A stretch of 64,000 nt of DNA from Gemmatimonadota bacterium (GTDB taxonomy: Bacteria; Gemmatimonadota; Gemmatimonadetes; Palauibacterales; KS3-K002). Where the stretch lies: the NCBI GenBank assembly GCA_039586795.1, contig JBDHJS010000006.1:32001-96000 (forward strand). Direction: 5' to 3'. Shown one piece after another: positions 27,272 to 37,341 of the stretch. The first letter of the stretch is position 1, and every line of letters begins with the position of its first letter. The notes beneath the pieces are model-generated. The model searched no databases and was not told where the DNA came from. It saw only the letters and a list, made by a program, of their open reading frames with translations. The translations under genes and the position numbers were made by a program.

Positions 27272-27347
27272 AATCATCAATCCTCAACACCTAATCCTCA
27301 ATCATCCACAAATCTGGGAATTGAGGACTAGGTGTTAATGATTGAGC
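27272..27347. repeat. Inverted heptamer arrays (AATCCTC-like)
   Basis: AATCATC AATCCTC AACACCT AATCCTC AATCATC then ATTGAGG ACTAGGT GTTAATG ATTGAGC; 16/17 inverted match 27286-27302 vs 27320-27336. Confidence 0.75.
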
Positions 27348-27398
27348 ATTGCGAAGCATCCGCTTGATGAGCCCGCGCCCTTCAAATAGCTTCGCTCC

Positions 27399-29147
27399 AT
27401 GCAAAGACGTGTAAGAATCCTCCCCGACCACATCGCCAATCAGATTGCGGCCGGCGAGGTAGTCGAGCGGCCAGCGTCCGCAGTGAAGGAGCTGATCGAA
27501 AACGCACTCGACGCTCGGGCCAACCGCGTGGAGATCGAGGTGCGGAACGGCGGCAAGACGGAAATTCGCGTCGCCGACGACGGCCACGGCATGGCTCGCG
27601 ACGATGCGCTGCTCGCCATCGATCGACACGCAACATCCAAGGTCCAGGACGAGAGCGATCTTCGAGCGATTCAGACCCTAGGGTTTCGCGGCGAAGCGCT
27701 GCCCTCCATCGCCGCGGTCTCCAGGTTCGAGCTCGATACCGCCCAGGCCCAAGGGGAAGGGACGCGCATCAAGATCGACGGTGGCCGCGTCGTCGCCGTT
27801 GATGAGATCTCGCGCCGAGCCGGCACCACCGTCAGCGTCCGCTCCCTCTTCTTCAACGTGCCGGCGCGCGCCAAGTTCTTACGTTCGGCGGCGGCCGAGA
27901 CCCGGGCCATCTCCGAAACGGCGATCGCGCTCTCGCTTGCTAATTTAAGTACTGGCATACACTTACGGTCCAACGACCGCGAACTGCTCGACCTCCCGCG
28001 CACCACCGATCTGGCCGCCCGCATCGCGGCGATCTGGGGTGACGAGCTCGCCTCGACCCTCCTACCCATCGATCACGCGTCCGGCGACATCCGTGTCGCG
28101 GGTCTCATCCAGCGGCCCGCCGATACGCGGCCGGGCTCGCGGCGCGTCTATCTGTTCGTGAACGGCCGGCCGTTTGTCGATCGCTTCATCGTTCGCGCGG
28201 CGGAGGAAGGCTACAGGACGACGGTGCCGCACGGCTATCGGCCGGCTCTGTTCCTCTATCTCGAGCTGCCGCCCGACGAAGTGGATGTGAACGTCCACCC
28301 GACGAAAGCCGAAGTTCGCTTCCGCAACAAGATCAAGATGGAGGCGACGGTTACCGAGGCGGTTCGCGCGGGGCTGGAAGGCCTGGAGAGCGCGCCGGGC
28401 GTCGAACGCTTTCCCGGGAGCATGTCTCAGCTTGTTGCGCCCGGCGCCTCTTTCCCGGTACCACCGCCGAGCTCGCCCGGCAAAGAGGAAGGGCAGATGG
28501 CGTTCTTCGTGCCCAGCGAGGCGCCCGCTGAGGATGAAGAGTCAGAAGCGCCGAGCGAGGCTGCGGCTTCTCGCTACGGCGCGATGTGGCAATTGCATAA
28601 TGCGTATATACTCGCCGAGACTCGCAGCGGCTTGATCATCGTCGATCAACACTCCGCTCACGAGCGAGTGCTATTCGAGCAGATCATGCGCGACTACGAC
28701 CAGGAGAGCGCCGTATCGCAAAGGCTTCTCTTTCCGATCACCATCCGCCTGTCGCCGACCGAGATGCAGGCGACGGAAGAGATCAAAGGGATCCTGCACC
28801 AGGTCGGCTTCGAGATCGAAGGGTTCGGCGACAACACGGTGATCATCAACTCCGTTCCCAACCCGCATCCCCGCTTCGATGGCGAACGCTGCTTTCGAGA
28901 GATGGTGGCGGAGCTGGCGCACGGCTCGCCCCTCGTCGACTCGGCTCGCAACCAGCACGAGCGCGTCGCCAAGTCGTTCGCCTGCAAGGCGGCGATCAAG
29001 GCCGGGCAGCCGCTCTCTGACGATGAGATGGAAGAGTTGTTTGACCGTCTCTTCGCGTCGGAACTTCCCAGCCACGATGTGCACGGCCGGCCCACCATCC
29101 TGCGTCTCTCGCTGGATGAGCTATCACGGCGCTTCGGTCGAAGCTGA
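27399..29147 (+). CDS. mutL: DNA mismatch repair protein MutL
   Basis: NQIAAGEVVERPAS, GFRGEAL, VDVNVHPTK, DQHSAHER, ACKAAIK. Confidence 0.97.
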   Translation: MQRRVRILPDHIANQIAAGEVVERPASAVKELIENALDARANRVEIEVRNGGKTEIRVADDGHGMARDDALLAIDRHATSKVQDESDLRAIQTLGFRGEALPSIAAVSRFELDTAQAQGEGTRIKIDGGRVVAVDEISRRAGTTVSVRSLFFNVPARAKFLRSAAAETRAISETAIALSLANLSTGIHLRSNDRELLDLPRTTDLAARIAAIWGDELASTLLPIDHASGDIRVAGLIQRPADTRPGSRRVYLFVNGRPFVDRFIVRAAEEGYRTTVPHGYRPALFLYLELPPDEVDVNVHPTKAEVRFRNKIKMEATVTEAVRAGLEGLESAPGVERFPGSMSQLVAPGASFPVPPPSSPGKEEGQMAFFVPSEAPAEDEESEAPSEAAASRYGAMWQLHNAYILAETRSGLIIVDQHSAHERVLFEQIMRDYDQESAVSQRLLFPITIRLSPTEMQATEEIKGILHQVGFEIEGFGDNTVIINSVPNPHPRFDGERCFREMVAELAHGSPLVDSARNQHERVAKSFACKAAIKAGQPLSDDEMEELFDRLFASELPSHDVHGRPTILRLSLDELSRRFGRS

Positions 29148-29162
29148 GACCCGCCACACACG

Positions 29163-30116
29163 ATGAACTCTCGTCCGGCCACCGAAGCGATCGTCATCAC
29201 CGGACCGACCGGGGCGGGGAAGACGACGCTCGCCGTCGAAGTGGCGGAGCAGGTTGGTGGTTCAATCATCTCCGCCGACTCCAGACAGGTGTACCGGGGG
29301 ATGGATATCGGCACCGCGAAGCCCGGGCCCGAACTCCGTAAGCGTTTGCCACATAATGGGTTAGATCTCGTCGATCCCGACGAGGGCTACAGCGCCGGGC
29401 GCTTCGCTCGAGATGCTTGGGTGTGGATCGACCAGATCACCGCGGACGGCCGTGTGCCCGTCATCGCCGGCGGCACCGGCTTCTTCATTCGATCGCTACT
29501 CGAGCCGCTGGGCCCGGAACCCGACCTCGAGCCGGAACGCCGGGACGATCTCCGCCGTTACCTATCGGGACTGGCGCCTGACGAGCTGAAGCGGTGGTTG
29601 CGGCGATTGGATCCGCTGCGGGCGTCGCGCTTCGAGAACGAAGGCGGTGGCCAGCGCCTGTCGCGCTCGCTGGAGGTGGCGCTGCTGTCCGGGCAACCAC
29701 ACACACGGTGGCTGGAGCGCCCGCCTGAGACCCGAGCGTTGTCCGCCCTCGTCTTTTGCCTGGAGCTGCCGCGCGAGGTGCTGTACGAGCGGATCAACGC
29801 CCGCTTCGATCGGATGATGGAGCAGGGGCTGCTGGATGAAGTGCGCGGCCTGCTCGAGCGCCATTCGACGGACGCACCGGGGCTCGATTCGCTAGGCTAT
29901 GCCGAGCTCGCACGCCACGTGCACGGCGAGCTGTCGCTGGAGGAAGCGGTCGAAGAAGCGAAGCGCAACACGCGGCGGTTTGCCAAGCGGCAGATGACGT
30001 GGTTTCGGCATCAGTTGCCGGAAGGTGCCGTTTGGCTTGATGGCCGCCAGTCGATAGGACAGCTAGTGGCGTCGGTCTTGTCGAACTGGCAAGACCCAAC
30101 TTTGGAGACGCGATGA
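29163..30116 (+). CDS. miaA: tRNA dimethylallyltransferase
   Basis: GPTGAGKT, ISADSRQVYRGMDIGTAKP, GGTGF, FAKRQMTWF. Confidence 0.97.
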   Translation: MNSRPATEAIVITGPTGAGKTTLAVEVAEQVGGSIISADSRQVYRGMDIGTAKPGPELRKRLPHNGLDLVDPDEGYSAGRFARDAWVWIDQITADGRVPVIAGGTGFFIRSLLEPLGPEPDLEPERRDDLRRYLSGLAPDELKRWLRRLDPLRASRFENEGGGQRLSRSLEVALLSGQPHTRWLERPPETRALSALVFCLELPREVLYERINARFDRMMEQGLLDEVRGLLERHSTDAPGLDSLGYAELARHVHGELSLEEAVEEAKRNTRRFAKRQMTWFRHQLPEGAVWLDGRQSIGQLVASVLSNWQDPTLETR

Positions 30117-30118
30117 CA

Positions 30119-30222
30119 AATCACACTCATCAATCGCTCAATCGATCAGCTCTCAATCATAGACCGTTTTCCCCTGATAAATGAGGGCTGAGTTGTTGAT
30201 GAGTGTGATTGAACCTTGGACA
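30119..30222. repeat. Inverted-repeat spacer (family B)
   Basis: 15-bp perfect IR AATCACACTCATCAA (30119-30133) / TTGATGAGTGTGATT (30196-30210) enclosing TCAATC-type units. Confidence 0.8.
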
Positions 30223-30302
30223 CTAGATCTTAGACGTCGACAGCCCGTTGACAGTAAGGCGGACCTAGCAAACCAACCCAACCCCAGCTAGCTTCCGCGC
30301 AA

Positions 30303-31430
30303 ATGAAGATTGGCATCGCCTGTTACCCGACCTACGGCGGAAGCGGCGCCGTCGCCACCGAGCTGGGCATGCGCCTGGCCCAGCGCGGGCACGAAGTGCA
30401 TTTCGTGTCCTACGCGCACCCTTTCCGCCTGCCACGCTTCCTGCGCAACACGTATTTCCACGAGATCGAGGTGTCTCGCTACCCGCTGTTCGAGTACCCG
30501 CCGTACTCGCTTGCGGCGACCGTGGCCATGCACGAGGTGGCGACCCAGCGGCACCTGGATCTCTTCCACGTGCACTATGCCGTGCCTCACGCTACGTCGG
30601 CGCTGCTCGCCAAGCAGATGCTCGAGCCGCCCGACGATCTCAAGATCGTCACGACGCTGCACGGCACCGACATCACGCTGGTCGGACAGGATCCATCGTA
30701 CCGGTCGATCGTGAGGTATTCCATCGAGGCGTCCGACGGGCTCACCGCCGTTTCCGAATTCCTGAAACGCGAGACCATCGCCGCGTTCGGTTGCTCGAGC
30801 TGCGAGGTCCGCGTGATTCCTAACTTCGTCGACACAGAGCATTTCCGACGCGATACCAACCGACGGAATCGAAACGCCCTGGCCGAGCCGGACGAGAAGA
30901 TCATCATGCACATCTCGAATTTCCGGCCGGTGAAGCGCGTTGACGATGTGGTTCGGGTCGCCGCCCGTGTGATGGAGAAGGTCCCGGCCCGGCTCATCTT
31001 GGTCGGCGATGGCCCCGATCGACACATGGCCGAAGAGCGGGCGCGCAACCTCGGTATCGGCGCCCGAGTCGTCTTCCTCGGCAAGCAGGAGCAGGTGAAC
31101 GAGTTGTTGTCCTGTGCCGACCTCTTCATCCTGCCCAGCGAGTCGGAATCGTTCGGGTTGTCGGCCCTGGAAGCGATGGCCGCTGAGGTCCCCGTCGTTG
31201 GCACCCGTAACGGCGGCCTGGAAGAGGTCGTCGAGGACGGGGTCGCCGGACGTCTGTTCCCGGTGGGCGCCGTGGACGCGATGGCCGACGCCGCCACCGA
31301 GATCCTCAGCGACGACCAGCGAGGCCGCGAGATGGGGCAGGCCGGCCGCGCCCTCGCCATGGAGAAGTACTCCGTCGAGCGCATCCTCTCCATGTACGAG
31401 TCCTACTACATCGAGACACTGAAGAAGTGA
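30303..31430 (+). CDS. bshA: N-acetyl-alpha-D-glucosaminyl L-malate synthase (bacillithiol biosynthesis)
   Basis: MKIGIACYPTYGGSG, YPLFEYPPY, HVHYAVPHA, TTLHGTDITLVG, HISNFRPVKRV, ESFGLSALEAM. Confidence 0.9.
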   Translation: MKIGIACYPTYGGSGAVATELGMRLAQRGHEVHFVSYAHPFRLPRFLRNTYFHEIEVSRYPLFEYPPYSLAATVAMHEVATQRHLDLFHVHYAVPHATSALLAKQMLEPPDDLKIVTTLHGTDITLVGQDPSYRSIVRYSIEASDGLTAVSEFLKRETIAAFGCSSCEVRVIPNFVDTEHFRRDTNRRNRNALAEPDEKIIMHISNFRPVKRVDDVVRVAARVMEKVPARLILVGDGPDRHMAEERARNLGIGARVVFLGKQEQVNELLSCADLFILPSESESFGLSALEAMAAEVPVVGTRNGGLEEVVEDGVAGRLFPVGAVDAMADAATEILSDDQRGREMGQAGRALAMEKYSVERILSMYESYYIETLKK

Positions 31431-31467
31431 CCCCCCACCCCCAACCCCCAACCTCCTACGTCTTCAG

Positions 31468-32259
31468 ATGACCTTGCTCCAGGCTGTAATCCTCGGCGCC
31501 CTCCAGGGACTCACCGAGTTCTTCCCGGTCTCCAGTTCCGGACACCTGGTGCTGGCGGAGTCGCTGCTCGGGGTTAACCCGCCCGGCGTGTCGTTCGAGG
31601 TGATGGTTCACCTGGCCACCGTCTTCTCGGTCATCGTGCTCTACCGTCGACGGCTTATCGGGCTGGTGTCGGGGCTCTTCCGCCTGCAACGGGATGCCCT
31701 AACCTACGTGGGGATGCTCCTCCTCGCCTCCGTGCCCGCCGGGCTGGTGGGTGTGACGCTGGCGGACGCGATCGGCGGCCTGTTCGATCGTCCGGCCCTT
31801 GCCGCACTCAACCTGTTGGTCACCGGTTGCATCGTCTACGCCACGCGCTGGCTTCTCGACCGTGGCGATCGCCGCGACCCGGGGTGGGGCGGGTCGGTCA
31901 TCGTCGGCATCGCGCAGGCGCTGGCCATCCTTCCCGGCATCTCGCGATCCGGCTTCACGGTGGCGGCGGCACTCTGGCGGAAGACCGGTCGCGAGGCGGC
32001 GGCGGAGTTCAGCTTCCTCCTCTCGATCCCGGCGATTGTCGGCGCCTCGATCCTCCAGCTGCCAGATATGCTGAGCGGTGCCGAAGGGCTTCATGCTTTG
32101 CCGTTGAGCGCCGCGGCTATCTCTGCCTTCCTCACCGGCGTCCTGGCCATCGTGCTCTTCGTTCGTTGGCTACGCATCGGCCAGTTCCACCGATTTGCCT
32201 ACTATTGTTGGACGGTGGGCGGAGCATTTATCCTGTACTCCCTGTTCACCACGGCCTAG
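31468..32259 (+). CDS. uppP: Undecaprenyl-diphosphate phosphatase
   Basis: QGLTEFFPVSSSGHL, PGISRSG, AAEFSFLLSIPAI. Confidence 0.95.
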   Translation: MTLLQAVILGALQGLTEFFPVSSSGHLVLAESLLGVNPPGVSFEVMVHLATVFSVIVLYRRRLIGLVSGLFRLQRDALTYVGMLLLASVPAGLVGVTLADAIGGLFDRPALAALNLLVTGCIVYATRWLLDRGDRRDPGWGGSVIVGIAQALAILPGISRSGFTVAAALWRKTGREAAAEFSFLLSIPAIVGASILQLPDMLSGAEGLHALPLSAAAISAFLTGVLAIVLFVRWLRIGQFHRFAYYCWTVGGAFILYSLFTTA

Positions 32260-32276
32260 CTGGCCACCTTTAGCTT

Positions 32277-33119
32277 ATGAGCGCGCTCTCGGACGAAATC
32301 CGGCGCCGTATCGCCGAGGCCCTGGCCGAAGACGTCGGTCGTGGCGACCGCACCACCGAATGGTGCGTCGACGCCGACGCCTTGGGGAAGGCCGAGATCA
32401 TCGCCCGCGCCCACGGAGTCATTTCCGGACAGGCGGTGGCTGCGGAAGTGTTCGATCTGGCCGGTGATGCTGAGTACGAGGCGCTGGTCGAGGACGGGGG
32501 TGCGGTGGTGCCGGAGGCTACCGTGGCTCGTGTGAGCGGGACGGCACGGGCGATCCTCACGGGTGAGCGAACGGCCCTCAACTTCCTGGGACGCCTGTCG
32601 GGCGTGGCTACGCTGACCCGTCGTTTCGTCGACCTGGTGGCGGGCACCCGAGCGCGAATCACCGACACACGAAAGACAACGCCGCTGTGGCGCGAACTGG
32701 AACGGGCGGCGACGCGAGCCGGCGGCGCCGTGAACCACCGCCGCGGGCTGGACGCCATGGTCCTGATCAAGGAGAACCACATCACGGCTGCCGGCGGCAT
32801 CGTGCGGGCTGTCGAACGCACGCGAGCCGCGAACCGCGAGGGGTTGGCCGTCGAAGTCGAGACGACGAGTATCGAAGAGGTGAGGGAAGCGCTCACGGCC
32901 GACGTCGATCGAATCATGCTCGACAACATGTCGATCGTCGAGATCGGAGAAGCCGTGGCGGAGATCGACGCGCACCCGCGCCGACCGGAGATCGAGGCTT
33001 CCGGCGGCGTCAGTCTCGAGAACGTGCGCCGGCTGGCCGGGGCGGGCGTCGACTACATTTCCGTAGGCGCTTTGACCCACTCAGCGCCGGCTCTCGACCT
33101 ATCGCTGAAGATCCTCTGA
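32277..33119 (+). CDS. nadC: Nicotinate-nucleotide pyrophosphorylase (carboxylating)
   Basis: ERTALNFL, DTRKT, NHRRGLD, LIKENH, IMLDN, EASGG, ISVGALTHS. Confidence 0.96.
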   Translation: MSALSDEIRRRIAEALAEDVGRGDRTTEWCVDADALGKAEIIARAHGVISGQAVAAEVFDLAGDAEYEALVEDGGAVVPEATVARVSGTARAILTGERTALNFLGRLSGVATLTRRFVDLVAGTRARITDTRKTTPLWRELERAATRAGGAVNHRRGLDAMVLIKENHITAAGGIVRAVERTRAANREGLAVEVETTSIEEVREALTADVDRIMLDNMSIVEIGEAVAEIDAHPRRPEIEASGGVSLENVRRLAGAGVDYISVGALTHSAPALDLSLKIL

Positions 33120-33120
33120 T

Positions 33121-33927
33121 ATGAACGACCAACTGCTTGCCATCGACGTCGGTAACACCGAGACCGTGCTCGGGCTGTTTGACGGGAACGCGCTGCTCAA
33201 ACACTGGCGTATCTCTACCGATATTCACCGGACGCCTGACGAGCTCGCGCATCTGCTGAGCCATCTTCTGGCCGATCACGGCATGGAAGGCCCGGTGAAC
33301 GGAATCATCGGTTCCGTTGTGCCTGCCGTCGATCCCATCCTCACCCGCGGCTTTCGCCGCGCTTTCGACCGCACGGCGCGTCTCATCGGCGACCCCAGCC
33401 AGCTCGTGGGGGACGAAGGGCCGCTCCCGATCCGGCTGGAGGTCGACGAGCCTCACACGGTCGGTGCCGACCGCATGCTCAACACGCTGGCGGCGAGCCA
33501 GGTCTACGGCGTAGATGTCATCGCCGTCGACCTCGGCACGGCAACCACCTACGACTGCATCTCGGGTGACGGTGTCTTTCTTGGAGGTGTGATTGCGCCG
33601 GGTCCCCGTTCAGGTATCGAGGGGCTGGCCCAATCGGCCAGCAAGCTGCCCTTCATCGACCTCGTGCCGCCCGATGTCGTGATCGGGCGTCGCACGGATG
33701 TCTGCCTGCGCTCGGGGTGTTTCTACTCTATTGTGGATTCGATCGACGGAATGGTACGGAGGATCAAACTCGAGTGGTCGCGACCTGATGCTCTGGTAGT
33801 GGCTACGGGCGGGTTGGCGGCGTTAATCGCTCCCCACTGCGGGACCGTCGATGTCGTGGAGCCTTATCTCACCCTCTACGGTCTCGAGATCGCCCACCGC
33901 CTGCTCGGCGACCCCGAGAGCCCATGA
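33121..33927 (+). CDS. coaX: Type III pantothenate kinase
   Basis: AIDVGNT, SVVP, VGADR, VDLGTATT, GGVIAPG, VATGG. Confidence 0.93.
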   Translation: MNDQLLAIDVGNTETVLGLFDGNALLKHWRISTDIHRTPDELAHLLSHLLADHGMEGPVNGIIGSVVPAVDPILTRGFRRAFDRTARLIGDPSQLVGDEGPLPIRLEVDEPHTVGADRMLNTLAASQVYGVDVIAVDLGTATTYDCISGDGVFLGGVIAPGPRSGIEGLAQSASKLPFIDLVPPDVVIGRRTDVCLRSGCFYSIVDSIDGMVRRIKLEWSRPDALVVATGGLAALIAPHCGTVDVVEPYLTLYGLEIAHRLLGDPESP

Positions 33928-33939
33928 GGTCCGCCTCTA

Positions 33940-34176
33940 CTAGGCAGCCCGGCGCCTGACCTTGGAGCGTATCTTATTCAGCGCTCGATCCGCAGTCTCC
34001 GGACTGATCAGCTTCACGATGAAGTAGACGACCGCCAGGAAAAAGGCGAGCTTGACCAGCGCGACCAGTAGCCCTGTCAGCAAGGTCAGGATAGGCACGA
34101 GCACGGCAGTGGCCACCGCCAGCGCCACGACGCCTCCAACCAGAAGCGCTCCAAGCGTGAACATCCCTCTGAGCAT
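33940..34176 (-). CDS. Small hydrophobic membrane protein, PspG-like architecture (tentative)
   Basis: Strong GAGGAGG RBS before ATG at 34176; long hydrophobic stretch and basic C-tail; 78 aa. Confidence 0.7.
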   Translation of the reverse strand: MLRGMFTLGALLVGGVVALAVATAVLVPILTLLTGLLVALVKLAFFLAVVYFIVKLISPETADRALNKIRSKVRRRAA

Positions 34177-34395
34177 CCCGCTCCTCCTCAATTCCGATAT
34201 CGGCTAGACCCCGGTGAGCGCGCCTCTTCCCCGGGCGCACCCTCCCCGCGGCCTCTCACTTCTCTCTACGCGGGACGGCCCCTCCGGGTTTCAACCCGGC
34301 AGAATGCCGCCTCACTACCGGCCGGAAATCCAGCCACTCCTGCAGACCCAGCTATCATATCCTGCCAGGTTGACAGGCGCCACCCCTGTTTACAT

Positions 34396-34414
34396 ATGGC
34401 ACACTTCGTGCCAT
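34396..34414. promoter_or_regulatory. Palindrome matching sigma-54 -24/-12 spacing on both strands
   Basis: ATGGCAC-ACTTC-GTGCCAT; GG-N10-GC in both directions. Confidence 0.45.
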
Positions 34415-34547
34415 CTTCACAGGCTGACTTGTAGACCATCGTTCCGGAACAGCTAACCTGGCGACACCATGCCCCGCGGGGTTGGGGTGTATCCAGGCAG
34501 CCCGGTACTTGAACAATACTGAAGTTTGAGAAAGGAGGAAAGCGTCC

Positions 34548-34847
34548 ATGAAGTTGCAGCCACTGGCCGATCGTGTGGTCGTTAAGCCGCTGGAGGAGAC
34601 GGAGCAGATGAAGGGCGGCCTCTACATTCCGGATACGGCCAAAGAGAAGCCCCAACAGGGCGAAGTGGTTGCCGTTGGCCCCGGCCGTGTGAGTGATGAG
34701 GGCAAGCGGATCGAGTCCGAGTTGAAGGTCGGCGACCGCGTGATCTATGGGAAGTACAGCGGCACCGAGGTCTCGGTCTCTGACGAGGACTATCTGATCC
34801 TCCGCGAGGCGGACGTCTTGGCCGTCGTAGCAAACGGCAAGAAGTAG
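34548..34847 (+). CDS. groES: Co-chaperonin GroES
   Basis: [41 protein letters not shown]. Confidence 0.99.
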   Translation: MKLQPLADRVVVKPLEETEQMKGGLYIPDTAKEKPQQGEVVAVGPGRVSDEGKRIESELKVGDRVIYGKYSGTEVSVSDEDYLILREADVLAVVANGKK

Positions 34848-34879
34848 GACGCCCGGGTCTTGGCCCGGAGATTTACTGA

Positions 34880-36592
<1,713 letters not shown>

Positions 36593-36620
36593 CCCGTTTG
36601 CTGGGTGGTTGGTGTTTTGG

Positions 36621-36654
36621 CGGGGCCCGACGAGAGTCGGGCCCCGTTGCTTTT
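36621..36654 (+). terminator. Intrinsic terminator of groESL
   Basis: CGGGGCCCGAC-GAGA-GTCGGGCCCCG then TTGCTTTT. Confidence 0.85.
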
Positions 36655-36668
36655 GAGGGTTGGATGAT

Positions 36669-37251
36669 GGGAATCGACAATTTGGATGCCGGGATTTCCA
36701 GAACCGGGGATCCAATTATCGAATCGGATTCAACGATTCCCTCATTCAACGATTCGCGGAAGTGGAGGCGATGGTGGGCAAGGCGTTCGATTTGGAGGAT
36801 CGGTTGGTCGCGCTGGGCACGGAGGTTTCTAGGATTGCGTTGAGGCTGCCATCTGATCGGTTGGGGAAGCACGTTTCCGACCAGCTCATCAGGTGCGGGA
36901 CGGCGCCCGCCGCCAACTGCGCCGAGGCACGCTCGTGCGAGTCGCGGCGCGACTTCATCCACAAGATGAAGGTCGGCCTCAAGGAACTCAGAGAAACGTT
37001 CGTGTGGCTGAAATACCTGCGGAACCTCGGTATGGGGCCTCGCGAGTCCATTGACGAAGCTCTCGGCGAAACCGACCAACTCATCGCCATCTTCGTCGCC
37101 AGCATCGGCACCGCCCGCCGCAACTCAAAACGGAACGATACCTGACAAGTACGTTCAGGTTCCGCGACTCCAGAATGAGGGACTCGTTGAATCAGCTTCG
37201 ATAATTGGGTTCGCCAATTCGAAATTCCCGATTTCCACAATCTCGATTCCC
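36669..37251. repeat. About 93-nt imperfect inverted arms (family A) enclosing the four-helix-bundle gene
   Basis: Left 36669-36761, right 37160-37251; inner core CCAATTATCGAATCGGATTCAACGATTCCCTCATTC vs reverse complement CCAATTATCGAAGCTGATTCAACGAGTCCCTCATTC. Confidence 0.85.
36771..37145 (+). CDS. Four-helix-bundle protein (23S rRNA IVP / Avd-like family)
   Basis: DLEDRL, DQLIRCGTAPAANCAEA, ESRRDFIHKMKVGLKELRET..WL; GGAGG RBS; 124 aa. Confidence 0.9.
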   Translation: MVGKAFDLEDRLVALGTEVSRIALRLPSDRLGKHVSDQLIRCGTAPAANCAEARSCESRRDFIHKMKVGLKELRETFVWLKYLRNLGMGPRESIDEALGETDQLIAIFVASIGTARRNSKRNDT

Positions 37252-37341
37252 CCCAAGATTTGCCATGCGCCCAGCTAGCTGACTACATTTGATCCCACGA
37301 CCGTGCGTTTTCGCAGCCTCAGACCTCGGACTGTGGTGTAA

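Noticed and set aside
34250..34547. CIRCE element upstream of groES
   Set aside because: No TTAGCACTC-N9-GAGTGCTAA match; the palindrome present has different arms and spacing
36771..37145. Diversity-generating retroelement suggested by the Avd-like fold
   Set aside because: No reverse transcriptase and no TR/VR pair differing only at adenines; PilX paralog differences are not adenine-specific
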